DNA of 50,068 nucleotides from Holosporales bacterium (GTDB lineage Bacteria; Pseudomonadota; Alphaproteobacteria; UBA3830; JAIRMZ01): NCBI GenBank assembly GCA_031266655.1, contig JAISAP010000046.1, positions 1 to 50,068 of the forward strand, read 5' to 3'. Shown piece by piece: positions 9,650 to 18,407 of this stretch (position 1 is its first letter; each line of letters starts with the position of its first letter). The notes under the pieces were generated by a model. It saw only the letters and a program-made list of their open reading frames with translations, ran no database searches and was not told where the DNA came from. The position numbers and the translations under genes were made by a program.

Positions 9650-10424
9650 ATGAAGAAATGGGTTTCAAGTATGATTATTGCTTGTGTGTTGGGAGTGCTG
9701 GGCGCGCTTCCTAAGGCAGGAGCGATGGAGTTGTGCCCAGACGAGATTGCTATGACGGACGGCGCATTATCTCCACAGGAGAAGGGGAGTGTTGTCTTTC
9801 AGGTCTTTCGTGTTAACTTGCTGTCGGAAGTGCCTCGGGGACTCAGCCCCAGTTACTGTATGGGCCTGCGGTCCGTTTGTATTCCCATAGATGTGTTGAC
9901 GCTCCCTGTAAGGTGTTTTGCAGGTCATGCTCTTCTTTCTGCTCTCACCTTTGGAGGGGATTCTGGGCTTGAGAGGATAAGAGTGAGCGCTTTTAGGCAC
10001 TGCTCCAGCTTGTCATCCATTTGTATCCCCGCAAGCGTGAGGATACTGGGGCGGAATTGTTTTTCCCATTGCACATCGCTTTTCTCTGTCACCTTGGAGC
10101 AGGGTTCTCGTCTTGAGAGAGTAGGAGAGAGCGCTTTTGAGAACTGCTCCAACTTGCAATCCACTTGGATTCCCGAAGGCATGGAAATACCCAATGTAAG
10201 GTATCTTCCAAGATGCCCCCTTCTTGTTCTAGTCACCCTCGAAACGCAATCTTTGATCATGGTGATAAGGCACGATTGGACGCCGTTCTGATCTGCCGCC
10301 CATCTCGGTCCCCGAGACCGTGGAGAGACTGTTGGGGCGAGAGCAACCTGATTTGAGCGAAGTGCCTGCTGGCGTTTCGTCATCGCACCCTTATAAAGGG
10401 GAAGATCGGCCCCTCTTTTGGTAA
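9650..10424 (+). pseudogene. BspA-type LRR protein, frameshifted/truncated (paralogue 5)
   Basis: ORF 9650..10291 ends ...LIMVIRHDWTPF*. Nucleotide alignment with the 10543 paralogue shows 2 nt missing around 10262-10275. The homologous tail (PPISVPETVERL...) is then open in another frame to TAA 10422-10424. Confidence 0.6.
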
Positions 10425-10481
10425 AAGATACTCTCCCTCGGAGGGTTTGTCTCCTTTCCCCGGCGTTTTTATTACACCATA

Positions 10482-10510
10482 TTGACTATCCTAGGCGCCT
10501 ATTCTACAGA
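10482..10510 (+). promoter_or_regulatory. putative promoter (TTGACT-17 nt-TACAGA)
   Basis: Conserved cassette, 61 nt before ATG 10543. Confidence 0.45.
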
Positions 10511-10542
10511 TCATCTGCAAACGGCAACAGGGAGGGCCAACC

Positions 10543-11538
10543 ATGAAGAAATGGACTTTGAGTACGATCACTGCATGTGTGTTGGGGATGCTGAGTGTGC
10601 TTCCCAAGGTAGAGGCGATGGAGCCACGCCCAGGCGAAACAATGCAGTGGCCGCCGGAAGAACCTTCTAGTTGGCCTCTCTTCAGGGCAAGGATTGCTTG
10701 TGATGGGCAGCGTATTATCTTCACGGGAGAGGGAAATGTTGTCTTTCAGGTCTTTCTCGTTGACTTACTGCCGGAAGTGCCTCGGGGACTCAGCCCCAGT
10801 ATGAGCCTGCGGTCCGTTTGTATTCCCATAGATGTGTTGACGCTCACTGCAAGGTATTTTGCAGATTGTGGCTCTCTTTTTTCTGTGAGCTTTGAGAGTG
10901 GTTCTTGCCTAACAATGGTAGGAGAGAGCGCTTTTAGGCACTGCTCCAGCTTGTCAGCCATTTGCATTCCCGCAAGCGTGAGGATACTTGGACGGAATTG
11001 TTTCTCCCATTGCACATCGCTTTTCTCTGTCACCCTTGAGCAGGGTTCTCGTCTTGAGAGAGTAGGGGAAAGCGCTTTTGAGCACTGCTCCAGCTTGTCA
11101 TCCATTTGCATCCCAAGAAGCGTGTTGACCCTCTATCCAGGGTGTTTTGCAGATTGTGGCTCTCTTTTTTCTGTGAACTTTGAGAGGGGTTCTCGCCTAA
11201 CAATGGTAGGAGAGAGCGCTTTTGAGCGCTGCTCCAGCCTGCAATCCGTTTGTATTCCTGCAAGTGTGGAACTGCTCGATGCAAGGTGTTTTTCCAATTG
11301 CTGTTCTCTTATTCAAGTCACCTTCGAAGCGGGATCTCAGCTCGTGGTGGTAGAACGCGGCGCTTTTAGACGCTGTCCCGGTCTGCCGCTCATCTCGGTC
11401 CCCGAGACCGCGGAGAGACTGGGGAGATTTCTCATTGATCACGAAGGATCTCCCCCTGAGACCGGTTCTCAGCTCCAAACGAAGGAGGAAGTCGTTGCTG
11501 GAGACAGTCAGGAGCAAAGGATGGATCTTCAGTGGTGA
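10543..11538 (+). CDS. BspA-type LRR protein, secreted (paralogue 6)
   Basis: 331-aa ORF. Signal peptide MKKWTLSTITACVLGMLSVLPKVEA|M. LRR units with CF.(D/H)C.SLFSV. N-domain is similar to the 7486 and 6186 genes. Confidence 0.88.
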   Translation: MKKWTLSTITACVLGMLSVLPKVEAMEPRPGETMQWPPEEPSSWPLFRARIACDGQRIIFTGEGNVVFQVFLVDLLPEVPRGLSPSMSLRSVCIPIDVLTLTARYFADCGSLFSVSFESGSCLTMVGESAFRHCSSLSAICIPASVRILGRNCFSHCTSLFSVTLEQGSRLERVGESAFEHCSSLSSICIPRSVLTLYPGCFADCGSLFSVNFERGSRLTMVGESAFERCSSLQSVCIPASVELLDARCFSNCCSLIQVTFEAGSQLVVVERGAFRRCPGLPLISVPETAERLGRFLIDHEGSPPETGSQLQTKEEVVAGDSQEQRMDLQW

Positions 11539-11720
11539 AGAAAGATCCCGTTTCGCGGTTCAATGAAGGCTGAGGCGAGGGAGCCACCTGATGTGAGCTA
11601 GGGTCCACTGGCGTCTCTTCGTTGCGTCCTCATGGAGAGGAACATCGGCTTCTCTTTTGGCAAAAGGCATTCGGCTCAGAAGAGCCCGCCCCCTCTTCCC
11701 GGAGTTTTGATTTTACTACG

Positions 11721-11749
11721 TTGATTACTTTGAAAGTCTGTTCTACGCA
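11721..11749 (+). promoter_or_regulatory. putative promoter (TTGATT-17 nt-TACGCA)
   Basis: Conserved cassette. The -35 lies exactly 60 nt before ATG 11781. Confidence 0.4.
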
Positions 11750-11780
11750 CTGTACGTAAACAGTAATAAGGATAACAAGA

Positions 11781-13193
11781 ATGGGGAAACAAAAGATTCT
11801 CGGTGCGCTTGCTGCGCTTGTTTGGGGGACGTTGAGTGTGCTGCCCAAAGCAGGGGCGATGCCTCCGTTCTGGGAGATATCCCCTGATAGGTTTGGCTTT
11901 TTCAGGGGAGTGGAAGCTCAGAGAGGAATGCTTGTGAAGGCTCCGACCATTCTGGACAGTGAGGGAAGAGTGGGTCGCCGCTTTAGTCCTCAATGGCGAC
12001 GTTTCTGCGTTTCTGCACAGGTAGTGGTCGTTGCTGAAAAATGTTTTTCAGACTGTGAGTTTTCTGCCTTCGTTGCCTTTGAAAGGGGTTCTCAACTTGA
12101 GAGGATAGAGGGGAGTGCTTTTGGGTGCCACACGGGCCTTCAATCTATCTGCATCCCAGCGAGTGTGGAGGAGCTTGGAGAAAAGTGTTTCTCCAATTGC
12201 TGGTCTCTTTTCTCGGTTACCTTTGAAAGGGGTTCCCGCCTCACCACGATCGCAAGCAGCGCTTTTGATGGCTGCTCCCACCTGCCATTCCTTGTCATTC
12301 CCGCAAGCGTGTTGGCGCTGGAGAATCGCTGTCTCAGCAGGTGCTATTCCCTAGTCTGCGTCACCTTTGAAAGGGGTTCTAAGCTTAAGAAGATAGGAGA
12401 GAGCGCTTTTGAGTACTGCTCCCACCTGCCATTCATTTGTATTCCCGCTGGTGTGAAGGCGCTGGAGGATCACTGCTTCAGCATGTGCCATTCCCTACGC
12501 CTCGTTACCTTTGGTAAGGATTCTCAACTCCGGAAGGTTGGAGCGGAGGCGTTCTCCTGCGCAGGTTCGATCTGCGTTTGTCTTCCATGTAAGTGATCTG
12601 GGCACGGTCTCCATTTAAGTACTCTTTCCCCGAAGTGTTCTTTGGAAATGAGGAAGCAAACGATTGTGATGGTACTCGTGGAGGCACTAACCTAAAAACT
12701 GTTACAATCCCCAGACTATGGAGTGCTCTCACCTTTCTGCTTTGCAGACTGCCGGCTTCTTTCCTCCGTTACCTTCGAACAAGGTTCTCGTCTCCAAACC
12801 ATTGGGTCTCACGCTTTTTCGGAGTGCATTAGCTTACAATCCATCGTTATCCCCAAGAGCGTTGAAGATCTGGGAGAGAGTTGTTTCTTCCAGTGCCGTC
12901 TCTCTTCCGTTTCCTTCGAACAGGGTTCTTGTCTCCAAACCATTGGGTCTCACGCTTTTTCGGAGTGCATCAGCTTGCGATCCATCGTTATCCCCAAGGG
13001 CGTCGAAGAACTAGGGGAGGGGTGTTTCGTGCTGTGTTCCGCTCTCACCTCCGTTACCTTCGAGCGGGGTTCGCGGCTCCGACGCCTTCCACAAGGAACT
13101 TTCGCCAATTGCTCTCAGCAACTACAGGTCATCCTGCATCCAGATGGGAAGAGCCTCTCCCTCCAGCAGCTTGCACAAGGCTGGCAGCGCTAA
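11781..13193 (+). pseudogene. BspA-type LRR protein with two frameshifts (paralogue 7)
   Basis: Three colinear pieces: 11781..12596 (frame 0), 12593.. (frame 2: SPFKYSFPEVFFGNEEANDCDGTRGGTNLKTVTIP), and 12723..13193 (frame 0). Alignment to the 6186 gene indicates a 1-nt loss near 12585-12610 and a 2-nt loss near 12700-12720. Confidence 0.7.
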
Positions 13194-13260
13194 TCCAAGC
13201 TGGACGTTGAGTGCGAGAGCATCCATCTCTCTTCCTTCTCAGCGTTTTTACTTTACCCTA

Positions 13261-13289
13261 TTGACTATTTTGAAAACCTGCTCTACATA
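13261..13289 (+). promoter_or_regulatory. putative promoter (TTGACT-17 nt-TACATA)
   Basis: Conserved cassette. The -35 lies exactly 60 nt before ATG 13321. Confidence 0.45.
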
Positions 13290-13320
13290 CTACATGTCAA
13301 CGGTAATAAGGATAATAAGA

Positions 13321-15129
13321 ATGAAAACACACAAGATTTTGGGCGCGATTGCTGCGTTTGTGTGTGGAGTACTGGGTGCGCTTCCTGAGGTAAGGGCGAT
13401 GCGGCTATCCCAAGCGGATATCGTGTTGCCGATGGAAGGGGACTCTAGTGAGTCTGTTTTTTCCAGGAACGTGCTCGCTCTCGATGGGCGCCTTGTCTCT
13501 AGGGAAGGCGGCACTGTCTTGCGTGGGACGGCAGTTCAGAGCCTCGATTGGCTGAAGAACCTACACTTCGTTTGTATTCCCGCAAGCGTGAGGACTCTCG
13601 GGGCAGAGTGTTTCTCAGGTTGCCAACCTCTTATCTCGATTGCCTTTGAAGGTGGTTCTCGCCTAGCGAAGATAGGGGAAAGGGCTTTTGAGGACTGTCC
13701 CAGCTTGCAGTCCATTTGCTTCCCCGCAAGCGTAAAGATACTGGGACGGTATTGTTTTAAAGGGTGTCATCTCACTTCCATTACTTTCGAACAGGGTTCT
13801 CAAATCCAAACCATGGAAGGAGCTTTTTCTCAATCCAGTGTGCAATCTTTTGTTGTTCCTAGAGGTGTAACAGTACTTGGGGGGGATTGTTTTTTCCATT
13901 GCGAATCCCTGATATCCGTCGCTTTCGAGCCGGGTTCTCGACTTTGGGGGATAGGGCGGTGCGTTTTTTATGGTTCCAGTTTGCGAGCTATACACATCCC
14001 TGCGAGCGTAATAGAACTGGGAGAAAACTGTTTCTCCATGTGCAAATCTCTTGACTTGATCACCTTTGAACAGGGTTCTCGCCCTGTGAAAATAAGGGAC
14101 GGCGCTTTTTCTGATTCCGGTTTGCGCTCTTTTATGGTTCTTTCGAATGTGGCGCCGCTTGGAAAACGCTGTTTTTCCATGTGCAAAACTCTCTCTTTTG
14201 TTACCTTTGAATCTGGTTCTCGACTCACAGAGATAAGCAAGGAGACTTTCCAGTTTTCCAGTTTGCAGTCTCTTTGCATTCCCTCGAGCGTGGAGAGGCT
14301 CGGGGAGTTTTGTTTTTGCCATTGCCAATTCCTTTCCTCCGTTACCTTTGAGCGGGATTCTCGGCTTCGAGATATAGAGCGAGGAGCTTTTCTTGATTCT
14401 GGTTTGAGCTTTTTCGTTATTCCTCAGCACGTAGTGACACTCGGGCAAAAGTGTTTTTCAGACTGCCACTCTCTTTCTGCTGTCACTTTTGAGGAGGGTT
14501 GTCAACTCCGAGAAATAGGGGAAAGCGCTTTTGCTAACTCCGATTTGCGGTCTTTTATTGTTCCGGGGAGTGTCACGAGTCTTGGAAGACTGTGTTTTTC
14601 CGATTGCCACTCTCTTTCCTCCGTTACCTTCGAAGGCGGTTCTCGACTTAGGAAACTTGAAGATAGTTGCTTCAGAGACTGCCAATCTCTTTCCTCGGTC
14701 ACCTTTGAGGCTGGCTCTTCACTACAAAAAATAGGGGGATGGACCTTTGTTGGTTCCGATCTGAGATCCATTGTTGTCCCAGAGAATGTCGTGGAGCTTG
14801 AAGATCATTGCTTCTCCCGTTGCCACTCTCTTTCCTCGGTTACCTTTGAGGCTGGTTCTTTACTGGAGAAAATCGGGAGATACACCTTCGCTTACTCCAG
14901 TTTGACATCTATTATACTTCCCCCAAGCGTACAAGAGCTGGGAGATGGATGCTTTGCAGAGTGCGCGTTCCTTGAGCTTGTTACCGTCACACAGGGTTCT
15001 CAACTCCAGGTCATGAAGAAGGGAGTTTTTGAGAACAGTCCCCTGGTGCAAGTCGTTCTTCCGGATGGAAAAGTCCTCTCTGCAGAGCAGCTTAAGCAGA
15101 ACTTGACGATTGCCCCTCCTCCAGTTTGA
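13321..15129 (+). CDS. BspA-type LRR protein, secreted (paralogue 8, about 602 aa)
   Basis: ORF 13144..15129. Start re-set to ATG 13321 (MKTHKILGAIAAFVCGVLGALPEVRA|M). Uninterrupted LRR units to the C-terminus. Confidence 0.88.
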   Translation: MKTHKILGAIAAFVCGVLGALPEVRAMRLSQADIVLPMEGDSSESVFSRNVLALDGRLVSREGGTVLRGTAVQSLDWLKNLHFVCIPASVRTLGAECFSGCQPLISIAFEGGSRLAKIGERAFEDCPSLQSICFPASVKILGRYCFKGCHLTSITFEQGSQIQTMEGAFSQSSVQSFVVPRGVTVLGGDCFFHCESLISVAFEPGSRLWGIGRCVFYGSSLRAIHIPASVIELGENCFSMCKSLDLITFEQGSRPVKIRDGAFSDSGLRSFMVLSNVAPLGKRCFSMCKTLSFVTFESGSRLTEISKETFQFSSLQSLCIPSSVERLGEFCFCHCQFLSSVTFERDSRLRDIERGAFLDSGLSFFVIPQHVVTLGQKCFSDCHSLSAVTFEEGCQLREIGESAFANSDLRSFIVPGSVTSLGRLCFSDCHSLSSVTFEGGSRLRKLEDSCFRDCQSLSSVTFEAGSSLQKIGGWTFVGSDLRSIVVPENVVELEDHCFSRCHSLSSVTFEAGSLLEKIGRYTFAYSSLTSIILPPSVQELGDGCFAECAFLELVTVTQGSQLQVMKKGVFENSPLVQVVLPDGKVLSAEQLKQNLTIAPPPV

Positions 15130-15251
15130 GGAAACTGGAGTGGACGGAGCCCCCCTCTTAGACCAACTCCACAAGAATGGCTCTCACCGTAGAAAGTGTC
15201 TTCTGCAGAGAATTGTGATTATAGTCGCTTGCAAGGATACAAGGGAAGAAT

Positions 15252-15857
15252 ATGGGTGGGATCTCTCAGCAATCAGAGCTGCTGCTTGCGCGCATATGCC
15301 ATGACTTGTCCGCCCCCATCGGGGCCATGGGGATGGTCGCCAGCACCTTGTCGGGCGATCCGGAGGCCTTCCGCATTCTTTCAGAGTCGCAGCAGCGCCT
15401 TGTCGCGCGCCTGAAGCTGTTTCGCTTGCTTTCCATCGATACAGACGCCTGCCCAGAATTCTCCTTCGAAAAGGTGAAGGATGTCCTCACAGAGTGCTGC
15501 CTATGTGAAAAAGTCACGTTTCTGACGCGAGACCTGTCGGGGGTCCTGGAGACACCCAGGATAAAGTTCCTGATTTCCGCTGCCGCCATTCTCCTCCCCG
15601 CCCTTGTCCGTGGAGGGCATATGGTCTTTGAGGCGCAAGAAGGCGAGGGCCGTCTCTGCTGCTCAGGACAAGGGGGACGCATTTATTTGCAAGAAGAGGT
15701 CATCTCTTGGTTCTCCGGAACGAAGACTCCCTCGTCGCAGACCATTTTCTGCTCTTTGATAGAAAGTTTTGCGCAAGCATGCGGGGGCAGCGTTCGACTA
15801 GTACAAACCTCGGAGAAAGCCACCCTTTTCCTGGACACCAAGACGGAAGTTCTTTAA
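15252..15857 (+). CDS. chpT: ChpT-like histidine phosphotransferase
   Basis: 201-aa ORF. N-terminal LLARICHDLSAPIGAMGM matches the ChpT phospho-His helix motif. AAGGGAAG Shine-Dalgarno before the ATG. Confidence 0.7.
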   Translation: MGGISQQSELLLARICHDLSAPIGAMGMVASTLSGDPEAFRILSESQQRLVARLKLFRLLSIDTDACPEFSFEKVKDVLTECCLCEKVTFLTRDLSGVLETPRIKFLISAAAILLPALVRGGHMVFEAQEGEGRLCCSGQGGRIYLQEEVISWFSGTKTPSSQTIFCSLIESFAQACGGSVRLVQTSEKATLFLDTKTEVL

Positions 15858-15873
15858 AAAAGCGGTTGAAGAG

Positions 15874-15950
15874 GCGGTCGTAGCTCAGTTGGATAGAGCG
15901 AGAGATTCCTAATCTCTAGGTCGTGGGTTCAAATCCCTCCGATCGCACCA
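15874..15950 (+). tRNA. tRNA-Arg(CCU): tRNA-Arg (anticodon CCU)
   Basis: Hand-folded cloverleaf. Acceptor GCGGTCG/CGATCGC, D arm GCTC..GAGC, anticodon stem AGAGA/TCTCT with loop TTCCTAA, T loop TTCAAAT (one U-U mismatch in the T stem), encoded CCA. Confidence 0.85.
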
Positions 15951-17229
15951 CTTTTCTCTCAAAAAGGGCCAAGAAGAAGCCGTTCGTAGAGTGCTGAGCG
16001 GGTGTTAAGAACAGGAAGGGGCCTGGAGCGATACAGGGAGAGGAAAACGCTTGCTGCCAAAAGGGGGCGACCTCTTGCAGCACGAAGTCCGAGTGCGTGC
16101 GCAAAAAGTGCTCCACCTGATTCTCGTTTTCTGTTTTCCACAAAGAGCAAGTGATGTACGCAAGCAATCCGCCAGGGCGCACCAACGTGGAAGCCGAGTG
16201 CAAAATTTCTTGCTGCTTCTGGCACGTTTCTTGGAGGCCAGCGGGAGTCAGCCGTCTCTTAGCATCGGGATTGCGACGCCAGGTTCCCGTTCCCGAGCAA
16301 GGCACATCCACAACCACCAGATCTCCCTGTTTTTGATGCTGCTCGACCCATTGCGGCGATTGCGAGAGGTCTACCATCCGCACCTTCGAGGCTCCTGCCC
16401 TCCGGAGGCGTAAACGTGCACGTTCCAGACGCTGGGACGAAACATCCACCGCGTACAAGACCCCACGGTTTTGCAGGCGGTGTGCCAGAACTAGGGTCTT
16501 GCCACCGGCTCCTGCGCAGTAGTCCACGACGGTTGCTCCGGGAGACACTGGGAGTAAGAGAGACACCAGCTGCGCTCCTTCCTCTTGGATTTCCATCTGT
16601 CCGCTTCTCAATAGAAGATGACCAGCGCTTAGGCGCACCCCTGGAGCGAGCCGTACGCCCCAAGGAGAATAGGGGGTCAGCGTTGCAGAAATCCCCTCTT
16701 CGGAGAGCATGCGCAACACTTCTTGGCGCGTAATCTTGCCTGGATGCACGCGTAAATCGACGGGAGCAGGATTCTGGAGTGCCGCCACCTCTTCCGGCCA
16801 TCGCGTGCCAAAGGTTTCTTCGAACAAAGTGCGACACCAAGCTGGGCAATTTTCTTGTTGCAGAGCGTCCAAACGCGAAGATCCGGGAAGCAGGCGTTCT
16901 GTGAGCCAACGCTGCTCCTCGGGTGTCGGAGTGAGGTTCTCAAGGGTTGCTTCCCGGACCCCAACAGCGCTCACGATCAGAAGCCGTGCTAAGGGCGCAG
17001 GGGGTGCCTGCGTCTGCTGGCATAGGGCTTCCAAAGCCCCTTGCTGGCGGATGACAAAATAGAGAAACTCAGCAAGAGAGCGCCGATCTGTCGCCCCGAG
17101 AAACCGGTGTTTCCTGAAAAAATGCGCTAAAAAAGAATCAAGAGGAGAGGATGCGGCGAGGAAAGAGGTCAGCACCTCTTCTGCTAGGGAGTAGTACGAC
17201 TCTTTTTTCACCTTGCACGGACTCAACAC
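15916..17229 (-). CDS. rsmB: 16S rRNA (cytosine-C5) methyltransferase RsmB/Sun family
   Basis: 437-aa ORF. SAM motif DYCAGAGGKT, catalytic DVPCSGTGTWRRNPD and ITCSL, C-terminus GFFLALFERK. The last 35 nt overlap tRNA-Arg on the opposite strand. Confidence 0.88.
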   Translation of the reverse strand: MLSPCKVKKESYYSLAEEVLTSFLAASSPLDSFLAHFFRKHRFLGATDRRSLAEFLYFVIRQQGALEALCQQTQAPPAPLARLLIVSAVGVREATLENLTPTPEEQRWLTERLLPGSSRLDALQQENCPAWCRTLFEETFGTRWPEEVAALQNPAPVDLRVHPGKITRQEVLRMLSEEGISATLTPYSPWGVRLAPGVRLSAGHLLLRSGQMEIQEEGAQLVSLLLPVSPGATVVDYCAGAGGKTLVLAHRLQNRGVLYAVDVSSQRLERARLRLRRAGASKVRMVDLSQSPQWVEQHQKQGDLVVVDVPCSGTGTWRRNPDAKRRLTPAGLQETCQKQQEILHSASTLVRPGGLLAYITCSLWKTENENQVEHFLRTHSDFVLQEVAPFWQQAFSSPCIAPGPFLFLTPAQHSTNGFFLALFERKVVRSEGFEPTT

Positions 17230-17236
17230 AGAATTT

Positions 17237-17311
17237 TGGTGGGTGATGACGGGATTGAACCGCCGACCCTCTCGGTGTAAACGAGATGCTCTCCCCCTGA
17301 GCTAATCACCC
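17237..17311 (-). tRNA. tRNA-Val(UAC): tRNA-Val (anticodon UAC)
   Basis: Reverse complement is GGGTGATTAGCTCAGGGGGAGAGCATCTCGTTTACACCGAGAGGGTCGGCGGTTCAATCCCGTCATCACCCACCA. Perfect acceptor stem, anticodon loop TTTACAC. Confidence 0.92.
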
Positions 17312-17349
17312 TCCACGCCTTCCTGTAACAAGAAATCCAGGACCATGCA

Positions 17350-18255
17350 ATGTCCCTCGGCACATTTTACCTTAGGGGATTTTTAATATTTACCCGTTAC
17401 AGTGGACCTTATGAAATTCAAGGATGGCGAGAAGCTTTAATGGTCAAGAGGAACGAAAACCCCCAGGAGCTCATCCAGCGGCTGCAAAAGGCAAAAGAGC
17501 GGCTTACGAGAAAAGTGGCCAAAATGCAGCATGCGAGCGAGCGCAAGGACACTTATATCTCCAGCATGACGCACGAGCTGAGGACGCCTCTTAACGCCAT
17601 TATTGGGTATTCGGAGATGCTCCAGGAGGAGGTGACGGAATCCGGCAATCTCGATTGGAGCGAGGATGTCCGGAAGATCCACGTTGCGGGTGTGCATTTG
17701 CTAGGGGTAGTCAACAACATCCTGGATCTTTCAAAAATTGAAGCGGGAAAGACGTCTATATTTGTTGAGCCTTTTGACATTAATGTAATGCTGGATGACA
17801 TCAAGGATATTGCCAGCACGCTGATGGAAAAGAAAAGCAACACCTTTGTGATGGATGTGCCCGCAAAGCTAGGGACCATGGTCTCGGACCTCACAAAAGT
17901 GCGCCAAAGCTTGCTCAACTTTCTCAGCAATGCTGCCAAATTTACAGAAAATGGGACGATCACCCTGTGTTGCCGGCGTTCGCAGGACAAAGAGTGGGTC
18001 CATTTCGACGTCAAGGATAACGGAATCGGCATGACTCCTGGGCAGATTAAGCTCCTCTTCCGCCCCTTCCAGCAAGCAGAAGCATCGACAAGCAAGAAAT
18101 TCGGAGGGACCGGTCTCGGTCTGACGATTACCAAGAAATTCTGCGAGATCCTGGGAGGAGGTGTTTCCGTCCAGTCCGAGTCGGGGAAGGGTTCTACTTT
18201 CGCCATCAAGCTGCCTGCAGAGACGCAGGGAACCGATACCGCACAAGCTTCCTGA
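17350..18255 (+). CDS. small cytoplasmic histidine kinase (HisKA + HATPase_c, no sensor domain)
   Basis: H box SSMTHELRTPLNAIIGYSEML, N box LLNFLSNAAKFTENG, G1 DNGIGM, G2 GGTGLGLTI. The true start may be ATG 17440 (MVKRNENP...). Confidence 0.88.
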   Translation: MSLGTFYLRGFLIFTRYSGPYEIQGWREALMVKRNENPQELIQRLQKAKERLTRKVAKMQHASERKDTYISSMTHELRTPLNAIIGYSEMLQEEVTESGNLDWSEDVRKIHVAGVHLLGVVNNILDLSKIEAGKTSIFVEPFDINVMLDDIKDIASTLMEKKSNTFVMDVPAKLGTMVSDLTKVRQSLLNFLSNAAKFTENGTITLCCRRSQDKEWVHFDVKDNGIGMTPGQIKLLFRPFQQAEASTSKKFGGTGLGLTITKKFCEILGGGVSVQSESGKGSTFAIKLPAETQGTDTAQAS

Positions 18256-18407
18256 ACCTTCAGGTCCCTCTCCTTTGGAAGAGCTCTCAAGCAGAGGAAG
18301 GGCCGTTCCACGCGATCCAAGTTTTTGATAACACGCGTTTTTACTTTCTTTATCCTTGGGACATGCTGTTTATAGGATGGGCTCCATCAGTGATAAAGGG
18401 ATCAGCC

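Noticed and set aside
16259-16909. 216-aa minus-strand alternative-frame ORF within rsmB, and plus-strand ORFs 16051..17062
   Set aside because: They overlap the well-supported RsmB frame. The Arg/Gly/Ser-rich composition is typical of off-frame translation of GC-rich coding DNA.
17553-18320. 255-aa minus-strand ORF antisense to the histidine kinase
   Set aside because: The plus strand carries complete H, N, G1 and G2 boxes. The antisense ORF has no motifs.
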